From Octopus bimaculoides (taxonomy: Eukaryota), in NCBI RefSeq assembly GCF_001194135.2, contig NC_068987.1, positions 29,388,123 through 29,436,337 of the forward strand: DNA of 48,215 nt. Direction: 5' to 3'. A program made the position numbers and the translations under genes. The first letter of the stretch is position 1. Each line of letters opens with the position of its first letter. Shown piece after piece: positions 37,365 through 48,215 of the stretch. A model generated the notes under the pieces. The model was given only the letters and a program-made list of their open reading frames with translations. It was not told the DNA's origin and did not search any database.

Positions 37365-38867
37365 TGTCTCAGACAGTAGTGTGTAATTTGAGAGAGACTT
37401 GATTTCTAACTCTATCAGTTCGAATGGCAATCGAGTTATTTTTCTCATTAGTAATTATTTTGCTGTTGTTGTTTACTCATAGGTCAGCTTTGATGAAGCA
37501 ACCTTACGATCAAAATTAATTCCACTTTCAGCAATTTCGTTCCGATAGAACAGTAATGTATCTATGGTGTCCTTCCATTAGAAACATTGCGATCTGTTAA
37601 AGATTTGGCTGTTTTTCCAACCAGAATGAGTGACTATATGAAACTTCTGTCATTGCTTTCGTTCCATCACATATTGTCATTGTTTTACCCGAAGTAAACT
37701 GTGACCAGCTGAACTGTCAGCAAAAATATCTCGAACATAACTATCCCGTCCTATTTCTAGAACTACATAACGATACATTCCCTTTTATTGCGAAGGATAT
37801 ATATATAGGACTAACTTTTTTCTGTCTCCACTTTTAATATTATAAATTCGAACCGGCAGAGTCGTGCTTGACATACAAAAATAATAACACATTCTTGGAA
37901 TTATATCTCCCATCATAAAAAACAGAATCTTTGATAAAATTGTTCTAAATATGCTAGAAAAACAAATTGGGGAATCAAGTTAAAATGCCTTCGTTCTTAA
38001 TAAACCTTTGGTGAGCGAAGCGATCGAGGCTGATCTAAGGTTAACCACCAACAGCAGCAGCTACATCAAAGCAGCAACAAAAGTAATAAGAGCTTTTCTA
38101 TATTTAACAATAGTTATCAATCGTGTAAGTTGTAATATTATGTAAAGTTTTACTATATACATAAGTGTCAACTTTTTAAAAATAAACTGGAGAAACAGAA
38201 TTGTGATTCTAATAATATCTTTCAATGTTTTACAAATTTATGTAAATTTATTATAGACTATAAGCTCAGCTCATTGCAATAAAAGATTCGCAAGTTTGAT
38301 TATTTTCGCTGCTATTATCATAATAAACAAACAAATAGACGTAAAAGCGGTGATTAAGGTGATCTATTAGATGCTAGTTAACATTATTGTTTGGATAAGT
38401 GAAGGAAAAGACAACTCCGAAGATATAGGATTATTTGGCGTCATCACCAGAGATATAATCTTCGACATCGCTTCTTGGCACGATAGCAACCAGCTTCCTA
38501 TGTAAAATGTTCATAAAACATTAAATATTAAATCTATAAATATATTGTTGTTTGATAAACCCAAATAAAATGAAAATGTAGCTGTTTGTGATCGCTTAAG
38601 CATTTTATAACATATGGAGATGATCTATCACATATTTAGCAAGTAATTTAACCGATAAATTATCATATATTTTGTGAGTGAACAGATTTTAGATAATACT
38701 GAAGAATTATTATACGTAATAAACTGATGTATCTACTAATTTTATGACATGGTTTTATCTTTAGAAGCTAATGAAATATCGAATGAATATTTAATGAATC
38801 AACAACTTAATTGCCTCTGTTGCACTCGCTGTTTCAACTTTCGATTTCTCTGTTGTGTTTCACTCAC

Positions 38868-38891
38868 CAGAACTCGAGATGAATGCTTCAT
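38868..38891 (-). other. Candidate first or 5'-UTR exon end with possible start codon (MKHSSRVL)
   Basis: Strong donor ctg|gtgagt; ATG 24 nt upstream, preceded by an in-frame TAG; the upstream ~250 bp is non-repetitive. Could be UTR only or chance. Confidence 0.25.
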
Positions 38892-39215
38892 CTAATCGAT
38901 CCTACTCAGAGATCTACACACTCTGCGACTCTCACGCAACCCAAATCTTTACTGTAGCTGTTCAAAGTAAACAACTGTATAAACCTCTACAACCCCGGAT
39001 ATTACAAGTACTTACTGCTCTACTAGGACTGCAACAGCAACAGAAATCATTTGATATAATTCTTTTCATAATTCAAAATGATGGAAATTGTGGAAATGAT
39101 GAAGAGAAGCAGTAACGTCTTGCACCATAGGCTCAAAGCCTGATGGAATTGATTTACATAACACGCTTTGTGTTATTTACATAACACAATTTTGGTAAAA
39201 GTAATACCACTAGGT

Positions 39216-39460
39216 GCAGGGTGGCTGTCTCGTAAGAAGTTTTCTTCCCAGCCACATAATTCTGGGTTCAGTCTTCAGTCCTACTGTGTGGCACTTTAGG
39301 CAAATATCTTCTACTATAGCCTCTGGTCGACCAAAGCCGTATGAATGAATATGGTGGGTGGAAACTGAAATACGCACTTCGTGTGTATATATATATATAT
39401 ATATGTATGTATATATATGTATATATAATGTATGTATTGGTGTATGTGTGCCTTTGTGTC
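39216..39460 (+). mobile_element. SINE family B 5' half, truncated at the RTE junction
   Basis: gcagggtggctgtctcgtaag...gggttcagtc...gtggcactttaggcaaatatcttctactatagcctctggtcgaccaaagcc...ggaaactgaaa, then a TA/TG tract and tttgtgtcc. Confidence 0.85.
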
Positions 39461-42342
39461 CTAGGAAAGCATGGGGCTGGGAGTTACGGCAGTAATGGTT
39501 GGCTACTGTTACAAATGTGCGTAGAGATGGATTTGTGGGTCATGAATACAATGTTTCGACTAAAGAATATGTATAAAACGACATGGATGCATCCTGGTTC
39601 TAAGAGATGGCATCTTATAGATTACATCCTCCCCAGGAAACAAGATACTATTTTACGAGTGATGCGTAGTGCAGAGTGCTGGACTGACCACAGGCTTTTG
39701 CTTGCCAAGGTGAATTTTCTTGTCAAGCCTAAGGTTATCGCAAATAACGACAAATTACCTAAAGAGATTGATATCAATAAACTTAAGATTCCGTCACTAT
39801 GCACTGAGTTTGTGAGTGAGATAAATAATTTCTCCTGTGATGGAAAATAGAAGTCACTCAAAGAAAGAGTATACGAGATTTGTAGTAACATTTTTGGCTT
39901 TGTTGTAGAAAAACACCAAGATTGGTTTGACGATAATGATGAAAAAGTTAATCTTATCTTAGAGGAGAAGCGAAAGGCATTAAACAAGTTGCAAAATGTT
40001 ATGTAAACGAACAGGACAGTGGCTACATATTTCAAGGCAGTAAAAGCAACAGTGCAGAGGAAGCTACGGAAGATGAAGGAAAATTGGTGGAGTGATAGAT
40101 ACGATGAAATCCAAGAAGCTTCTAATGCTAACAATTCCTAACATTTTTACTCTCTCTTGAAAAAAGTTTATGGACCAGTTTCATCAAAGGTTGCGCCACT
40201 TCAGAGCAAGGATGACACAGAATTCTTAACAAATCCTAAAGATATTTTTGGGAGATGGAAAGATTTTGATGTGTTACTCAATAGACCTACTGAAGTTGAT
40301 CTCTCTTTTGTTGATAATATACCCGAGAGACCAATAAAACATCTTGTAGCAGAAGTTCCAAACCTGGCTGAAATGAAAGCAGCAATCAAGAAATTGAACA
40401 ATGGAAAGGACCCTGGTATGGATTGACTAGATGCAGGGATATATAAATATGCTGGTGATCATCGTTGTGCAGTGTTGACGGATGTGATTCAGAGAGTTTG
40501 GCAAAATGAAGAGGTTTTTTCGGATTGGCGTGATGCAACTATGAAGATACTATATAAATCTAAAGGTGGAAAGGATTCTGTGATAATTATTGCCGCATCT
40601 GTCTGTTAAATGTTGCTGGAAAGTTCCTCTGTAGGTTGATGCTGGATAAATTGCTTCTGCACATTGCAGATGAGGTTCTACCAGAATCGCAATGTGGCTT
40701 TAGGTTTAGTAGGTGTACTATGGATATGATATTTTCGGCTTGACAGTTGCAAGAGAAGTGTATCGAACAGGATATGGACTTATTCTAGGTTTTCATTAAC
40801 CTAGCAAAAGCGTTTGATTCTATCTAAAATTGCAGTTTGGGAGATCCTAAAAAAGTCTAGGATGCTCTGAAAAAATTGTAAGTATGCTTAGACAATTTCA
40901 TGACAAGATGGAAGTGAGAGTTAATGTTGGAGATACCTTATCACATCCAATTTCTGTGGAAAATAGTGTAAAGCAAGGTAATATTCCTAGTACTACACTG
41001 TTTGCTATATATTTCGCAAGAGGTTCTCAAATAGCTTTTAAATATAGCCCTGAAAGGGTCTATATAAGATAGAGGACAACAGGGAAACTGTTCAATTTCA
41101 AAAGACTCTGTGCCAAAACGAAAGCTTTGCATTCTTACCTTGTTGAGTTTCTGTATGCAGATGATTATGAACTGTTGACACATTCGCAGAAATATATGCA
41201 GCACATGGTGAATGAGATTTCTGCAGCATGTGCAGTATTGGGTCTAACAAGCAATCTAATATAACTGTTATAATGTACCAGGCCGCTCCCTCCATGATGT
41301 ATGTGTAACCTTTTATAATTGTGAATGGTCAAAGGCTGGAGGCTGTACCTAAATTTATTTATTTCGGTAGTGCCTTCAGCACTGCTGGTCTTGATGATGA
41401 AATTTCATACAGAATCAGCAGGACTAGTAGTGCTTTTGATAGGCGTGATAGGCATCTGTGGAAAGAACATAATATATCGCCACAAATTAAAGTTAAGGTA
41501 TATAACACATGCGTCCTTCCATCTTTGCTACATGGAAGTGAGGTATGGGTTGTATACCGTTGCCAAGTAAGGCAACTGGAACGATTTCATCATAGTGTCT
41601 GAGAAAAATTTTGGGGATAAACTGGAAAATGATCATTAGTAATGTGGAGGTGCCTGAGAGGAGTGGCAGTAAACGTATAGAGTCAATGATTTTGCAAAGA
41701 CGTTTGAAGTGGGGGGGGGGGACATTTGGTAAGGATGAGTGATGAGCCACTTTCTAAACAGCTATTTTATGGTGAGCTGGAAGATGGCAGGAGACCAGCT
41801 CATAAGCCTAAAGTAAGGTTTAAAGATTGCCTTTAAAATGCTTTAAAATACAGACAGGAGTTGCAGCTGGTAATTGGGAGAGGGAGGCACAAAACCGTGA
41901 TGGATTGAGGAAGATAGTTTATGATGGTTGTTCAAGGTTTGAGAGGGAGAGAGTGAAGTATGAGAGAATTACGAAGGGGCTTAAAAGGAGGGAACCTGTT
42001 GAAAGCGAGAGACTGTTGCTTTTTATGTGTGTGGCTTGTAGGCAGATGTGTTTGACCGATGCATGCCTGATGAGCCATCAAAATTCTCATAGAAATCGTC
42101 CTATAATAAACAATGATGTGGGTATTAAAATACATAACAGAATATGTGGAAAATGTCGAAGGCTGTGCCTCTCAGTTGGAGGTCTAAAAAGATATGCTAA
42201 GAGAATGCATATGGTGGAACCTGTTTCTCCTGCCAGCCAGCACAGTTGTCTAGTATGTAATAAAATATGTAAAATATTGGCCGGGCTTAAAAGTCGTATC
42301 ACATGCCGTTGTATACGTATATCTTTCACCGATTCAATGTAA
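39461..42342 (+). mobile_element. RTE-clade (BovB-like) LINE, 5'-truncated and inactivated: APE C-terminus, RT, C-terminal C2H2 fingers
   Basis: APE motifs TTWMHPGSKRWHLIDYI and AECWTDHRLL; linker KLNNGKDPGMD; RT motifs LPESQCGFR, LAKAFDS, VKQG, FLYADD (~41150-41167), KFIYFGS; LPSLLHGSEVW; KQLFYGEL. Many stops and frameshifts. Confidence 0.95.
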
Positions 42343-43599
42343 GGATTTGTATGTAACACGGGAAATATCGTGTTTTCGTCGAACTACTTTTTTGTGATAT
42401 TTTCCTTTTACTGATTTACTGACACTCCATTGCCATCAGAAATATAGTGAGCTTGTGATTGACTTGTTGGCAATCTGGAGCCATCGAATATCTAGGTGAC
42501 AAAAAAACAAAAAAAAAAAAATGTTTTCGAATCGCACATAACTATAATCTCTATGCATTGTTTTGATTCATAAAAATTATATTCTGTAGGCCAAAGATGA
42601 CTGAATATGTATGAATATGAATTCATTTTTATAAACAACTACTTATCATTGATACAAAACAACAACGTTAACAAAACAAAATCTCCACTTATTATAGGTT
42701 GGAGATAACTGAATAAAATGTAATATCTTTACAAGAGTTAAACAGCATCATACCTATTCATGAATTACATTTGACTTCTATAAAAATGCATTATTCACTA
42801 AGATATAGTTTTATTAAATTATACTAGCTATAATTACATTTTCCAAAATAACCACTTTGTATAGTGTTTTAAAATTGTGAACATATTTACACAAAAAAAA
42901 ATCATATTTAATTTGAAAGTATTTTATGTATAAAAAAACAGAAGATGAGTTAGTTGAGATTTCAAAAGCAAAATGTCTACTACAAACTCAAGACAGAAAC
43001 AGGAAAAAAAACTGATTATTTGAATTTTTAGACTAAAATAACAACTTTCTTAATTAAGGGTACATTTTTTTAAAAATAAATTATGAACAAGTATTATTCA
43101 GAATTATTTACTGAAAGAAAAGACAACAGCCCGAATATATTTTGAAAGAGAGTGGTTAGTGAAATAGTGGAGAGAAGCACATACAGAGAAATACAGTCGA
43201 GGTGTGAAACAGAGAGGCTACAAGACACACGCACAGACAAATATACACAGAATTAGACTATAATGTAATGATACTGCAAAGATATACAGATAGCTTCTTA
43301 TCTGTATTTATTATTTATAAATACATATGATCACATAAATATTAACGCATCTTTATACAGACTTATGTGTGAGTTTAGGGTGATTATGTGTGTATGTATT
43401 TGTTTCTGTAAGAGAAAGATAACGTAGCAAGTAAATATTGCAGAGTTCGTTTATTCACAAGAAACTGATGATTCATTCTATTGAGTTTCTCTGTATGTGT
43501 GATCTTTCAGGCAACAACGATATTTTGATATTTTTGTCGTTTTAAAATTGCAAGTAGTGAGAAACTCTGAGTAACAACAAAGGTCTTCCAAATTACAAA

Positions 43600-43613
43600 A
43601 ACATACACATACG

Positions 43614-43658
<45 letters not shown>

Positions 43659-43664
43659 TATCTT

Positions 43665-43696
<32 letters not shown>

Positions 43697-43700
43697 TACA
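43600..43700. repeat. (TA)n/(CA)n microsatellite
   Basis: Seen directly. Confidence 0.95.
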
Positions 43701-43734
43701 CATTTCATCTTTCTTAATTTTTTAAATATTTTTA

Positions 43735-44158
43735 TTTGTTTCAGTTATTTGGCAGCAGCCATGGTGGGACATCATCTCCGACATTTTTTAGGGAAACGAA
43801 TCAAACTCAGCACTTATTTTTTAAAATGCCTGGTACTTATTCTCTGGGTCTTTTTTTTCTTTTCCGAACCGCTAAATTAAAGGGACACAGATACACCAAC
43901 AACCGTTGTCAAGCAGTGGTGGGAGACAAAGAAACACACACACAAACACAGACACACATACACAACACACACGGACACATATACGCACACACACACATAT
44001 ATATTTACGATGATCTTCTTTCAGTTTTCGTCTACCATATTCACTCACAAGGCTTTGGCCGGCCCGAGGTTATAGTAGGAGGCACTTGCACAAGCTGCCT
44101 TGCAGTTTGGTTGAATCCGGAACCATATTTTGAGGAAGCAGGCTCCTTGTGCACACAC
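43735..44158 (-). mobile_element. SINE family B, full length and diverged
   Basis: Landmarks on the plus strand: ttgtttcagttatttg...gccatg, ccgaaccgctaa, cgttgtcaagc, (CA)n, ctttcagttttcgtctacca...ctcacaaggctttggccggcccgaggttatagtag, ccggaaccat. Confidence 0.85.
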
Positions 44159-45024
44159 ACGTGTGTGTGATTTTATGTGCTTGCGTGTGCGTATGCAACA
44201 AATCATGCAGGTTTCGTATATCAGTGTGAAGGACATTCAATATAACAAAGAATCATAGATTTAAAATTGTAAGAACCCGCAAACACATCAGTTTCATAAT
44301 TTTCCACTTTAAAATCTGCCTTAAAACCCAAACAGAATATTTTAGAATATAGGATGTGTAAATAGCATAGACCTATGGATAGGCCGAGTAGTCTAGAAAA
44401 TTTGTTTCATATTTGTTGGGAGCATGCAAACATTCAAAGCATCTTGGGAAAAAGGTAGTTATCTAAGCTGCCAATTGATGGGCAATTAACTGAAAGTAAA
44501 AATTTAACTTAAGTGGATATGCTAAATTCAAAAGAAATCAATTAAGCGGTAAACTACTGGGAAAAGGATATGGATCATAATATGCTTCAGCGTAGATTGT
44601 AACATCAACCAGTTAAGAAAGAGGGAGTATGAAACGAAAGGGGAGTCAGTTACTGCTGGACTGGAAAATAAAAGCTGTAAAATCCAATCTATAATTGAAT
44701 ATTAGCGTACAGAGAAATGATTATTTTCCGAAAGAAAAAAAAAAGAAAGAAAACAGGCTCAGTCAGTCACTTATTGACACATAAATTAAGTATCCAATCC
44801 GATCTAGTGGGTGTCCAGATAGGTAAAATGGATTTATTTGCGTGTTTGCAACAACACACCGTGATAAACTCAGTGACTACTACAAAATTCAGGCAAGGAC
44901 AAACAAACAGGATGTACTTGATGCAGAGAATCTGAACTTACGGAGACCTTATTAATATATCGCCTGGGGAAACAGAATTAGATCACATCATTCAGGGAAA
45001 CAGTTGCATAATCAAGTACCTGTA

Positions 45025-45137
45025 CACCTAGAGAACATTCTTCCACTGCTCTAGGGACCAATTCTGTAGGTTTTCTGATTGCATCCCTCCCGTGAAATCC
45101 GGCTTTGTGCAGCTCTCAGCGAACATATTTTGTGGAA
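45025..45137 (-). mobile_element. Tc1-like transposase fragment
   Basis: Minus-strand translation TKYVR*ELHKAGFHGRDAIRKP then, after a deletion or frameshift, QNWSLEQWKNV. This matches the Tc1 TVRRxLxxxGxxGRxAxxKP and W...W-x-x-V(IFSDE) region. Confidence 0.75.
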
Positions 45138-45725
45138 GATTTATAAATATATAACAATTCATAAATATAAAGAAATTTTCAAACACATAAATATAAATAA
45201 AGAGATGTACTTTCGAATCCGAATGTCCGTATTTTAAATTCTTCCCACAAAATAATTAACGTATATGATCCTAATCTAGCCATCATTTATATTATAGACT
45301 CTTCTTAAAATACTGTTATAATAGCATACTTTTACCTGGTATTTTATTTTTAAATATATCATCTGCATGAAGTGTATGGTTCGACTAAACATTCATTTTT
45401 AAACATTCTCAAACCTCTAATACCTCTTAAAATTTTAACTCTTTGAATTCCTCAATTCTGATGAGAGAAGTACAGATAACTTCTAGGGTTGGAGTTAGCA
45501 ACCTATATCTTCTCGAAATGGCCGTGAGATTTTGTACCGATCTAGGATTCCTCATGAATAATTTTATACTAATTTTCTTATCTACCCTTCTCATTGATTC
45601 TAATACGGACATTCGGATTTCGCAAGTAAATATATGTATTATATTTATGTGTTTATATATTCATGAATGTCTATGTGTTTGTAAATTTTTATATATTTAT
45701 GAACTTTTATATATTTACAAATCTT
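45136..45725. mobile_element. Foldback/MITE-like element with ~100-125-bp imperfect terminal inverted repeats
   Basis: Left arm 45136-45233 (aagatttataaatatataacaattcataaatat...tactttcgaatccgaatgtccgtatt) is the reverse complement of right arm 45602-45725 (aatacggacattcggatttcgcaagta...atatatttatgaacttttatatatttacaaatctt). Confidence 0.75.
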
Positions 45726-45888
45726 CGTATATAGATATGCTTATAAATGTTTATTATATCTCATATATCATCATATCTCATATATTGTATACTGTAGAAA
45801 ATTTCTATAATTTGAAATGGATTGAATGAATATATACAGCGACCTTTGAAATCTGTCTATCGCCTTCTTAATTTTATATATATATATA

Positions 45889-45920
<32 letters not shown>

Positions 45921-46020
45921 NNNNNNNNNNNNNNNNNNNNNNNNNNNNNNNNNNNNNNNNNNNNNNNNNNNNNNNNNNNNNNNNNNNNNNNNNNNNNNNN
46001 NNNNNNNNNNNNNNNNNNNN

Positions 46021-46107
46021 ATATGTATAACATATGTGTACATATATGTGTGCATATATATATATATATAAATACATAAATATATATGCATATATATGTA
46101 TATAAAC

Positions 46108-46138
<31 letters not shown>

Positions 46139-46275
46139 CATATATATGTATAACATATGTGTACATATATGTGTGCATATATATATATATAAATACATAA
46201 ATATATATGCATATATATGAATACTTGAATATATATGCATATATATAAATACGTGAATATATATGCATATATATA
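46021..46275. repeat. Higher-order ~123-bp minisatellite built from TA/TG/CA microsatellite units
   Basis: The unit atatgtataacatatgtgtacatatatgtgtgcatatatatatata...aatacataaatatatatgcatatatatg recurs at ~46021 and ~46144. Confidence 0.85.
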
Positions 46276-46984
46276 TAAAAATATATATATATATCCAGAA
46301 TATATTCAATGCTGAATTTTTTCCGGTTTTTTACATGAGCACCGAGAACAACTGAGCCGGATACATGCGTGTTCGTTTTGGTAAGGTAAGAATTCTGTTT
46401 ATTCGTATATGTTGATACTATACTATGCTGACGAACGGAAACTAGATTTAATTCTGTTAATCGTGAAATCGGTCGATACATAATTGAATTTATTTTTCAA
46501 AAAATGTTGGTTTCTTTCAAAAGCTGTTTTCCTCACATTCGGTACTAAAATGTTTATTTGGGAAGTCTAGTGTGTGGCATTATTCTGTACTAATGCCCTT
46601 TATATATATATAAACGAATAAATATATATATACATATATATGTATATGCATCTATATATACATATGTATATATATAACTATATATTATATTTGCATATAT
46701 ATGTATATATATATGTACAAACAATATATGAGTATATGCATATATATGTACATGTATGTACATACCTTCATCTACATGTACATATAGATACATAACTGGG
46801 TATATGATGTGGCAAAATAACATGGACAAAATGATAAACAAGGTACAATTAATAATTGGGTTTTCTACCACCAGTATATTGAATAGATATTATCCCTCAG
46901 TTGGTTGGATTAACAACCTCTAACTCTTTTGAAATTATATATATATATAAGTGAGGATTACCATGAGAAATAATAGGAGAGCCG

Positions 46985-47110
46985 GTAGAACCGGTAGAAT
47001 CGCTAGAGCGTGGGATAAATGCCTTGCGACCAGTCTCTACGCTCAAAGTTCAAATTCGCCGAGGTCAACTTTGCCACTAATTCTTCAAAGGTCCATAGAA
47101 TTATGAACTA
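46985..47110 (+). mobile_element. SINE family A, old and degenerate
   Basis: ggtagaatcgctagagc...aaagttcaaattcgccgaggtcaactttgcc. Confidence 0.6.
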
Positions 47111-47943
47111 ATCAAATATTTCACTTGATTTAATTAGCTAACGCTTCTTCACAAAATGTTGTTTTGTGCCTATATTAAAGTCAATTTTAATAGTTAGCAG
47201 ATCTCTTCTTAGCAGAATCGGTAGAATGTCTACTGGGCAAATTGACGGACTTGGTTGTAGGTTTAAATACCACTGACTTTGCTTTTCAGCCTGTAGAGAT
47301 TGAGAAATATGTGCCACTTGCTCTGGTTGATATTTAGCTCTATCTAAGCACGAAACAAGCCAACAGCTAATGAAGTATATTCTCGATGTGACTGTTCTGT
47401 AATGTTGTCTATTATACCACAGCTTCTAGAGACGTCTCTAGGATTCCACTGTCATATCTTATTCAATTAAATGAGATCTTCAAGATGACCAGCAAAAGTG
47501 TAAAACACCGTTCTTTCTAGCAGATCGAAATGATCAGCGAAAGTTCCCGTCATAGACTCATATCAATAATATACTATAGAAGATATATACTGGGTAAGAT
47601 TACATGGATGCTACTAATCCTTGCAACAGTTTGTGGTATTCCGTCAATTTTCGAAGTCTATTAAGGCGATACAACTTTAAAACTATTACGATAGTATGCC
47701 ACAACTGAAGAGCCGTCTGCCTTTCCCGCAGCTTCAGGTATCATGTAATACAAATCGCAATAAGCTGAAGTAACTCATCTCTCCATAAATTATTCCCAAG
47801 GTAAGTAAATAGTTGAAGAGAAGCTACGGGCATCCTAAACTGCTAAATGACACAATCTTAATTCTTAGTTTCTCTGTTTTCAAAGTTTCCAATTCTCCAT
47901 CTAAAACCTACAGGTTTTAGTTTGTTAGTAGAAAAGTAGTTTT

Positions 47944-47947
47944 TATA

Positions 47948-47985
<38 letters not shown>

Positions 47986-48028
47986 CAAATATGCGTACAT
48001 ATATATGCACATGTATACACACACACAC

Positions 48029-48081
<53 letters not shown>

Positions 48082-48215
48082 AGCATATATATACGTATAA
48101 ACATATATATACACACACATATATATATATATATATACACACATACATACATATATATACACACATACATACATATATATACACACATACATACATATAT
48201 ATACACACATACATA
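47944..48215. repeat. (TA)n/(CA)n/(TACA)n microsatellite mosaic
   Basis: Seen directly to the window end. Confidence 0.95.

Noticed and set aside
41827-42342. Stand-alone C2H2 zinc-finger transcription factor gene
   Set aside because: It is contiguous and colinear with the RTE ORF (…KVRFKDCL then NWEREAQNRDGLRK, typical of the RTE C-terminus) and its start is only a frameshift boundary.
47733-47800. Plus-strand exon between tttcccgcag| and aag|gtaagt
   Set aside because: All three frames contain stops and no partner exon is evident; cannot be supported as coding.
1-48215. Hallmark cephalopod gene families (protocadherin, reflectin, chemotactile receptor, ZNF cluster) or viral/bacterial inserts
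   Set aside because: No long intact ORF or diagnostic motif for any of these is visible.

Overview
AT-rich (by eye) intronic/intergenic eukaryotic DNA from a gapped draft assembly, with 8 N-runs that mostly abut (TA)n/(GA)n microsatellites. The repeat repertoire points to an octopus (cephalopod) genome; this is inferred from recalled repeat families, not from a search. No intact long host ORF is present, and the supplied long ORFs are gap-spanning, microsatellite-derived or transposon fragments. Supported content: (1) many copies of three tRNA-type SINE families at different levels of decay; (2) a ~2.9-kb 5'-truncated, frameshifted RTE-clade LINE (39461-42342, +) ending in three tandem C2H2-type fingers; (3) five or six fragments of restriction-like-endonuclease (RLE) LINEs, including a ~4-kb ancient R4/Dong-like copy on the minus strand; (4) three decayed IS630-Tc1-mariner elements (a TIR-bounded DD34D mariner, a DD37D maT-like remnant, a Tc1 fragment); (5) MITE/foldback-like inverted-repeat elements and many microsatellites. 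Several short minus-strand segments with canonical splice signals (17531-17623, 29591-29666, 34003/34010-34052, 36499-36518, 36751-36770, 38868-38891) can be spliced in frame into a ~91-aa unrecognised peptide. This is a speculative micro-exon-rich gene model that needs RNA-seq. All alignments and translations were done by eye; boundaries of decayed elements are approximate.
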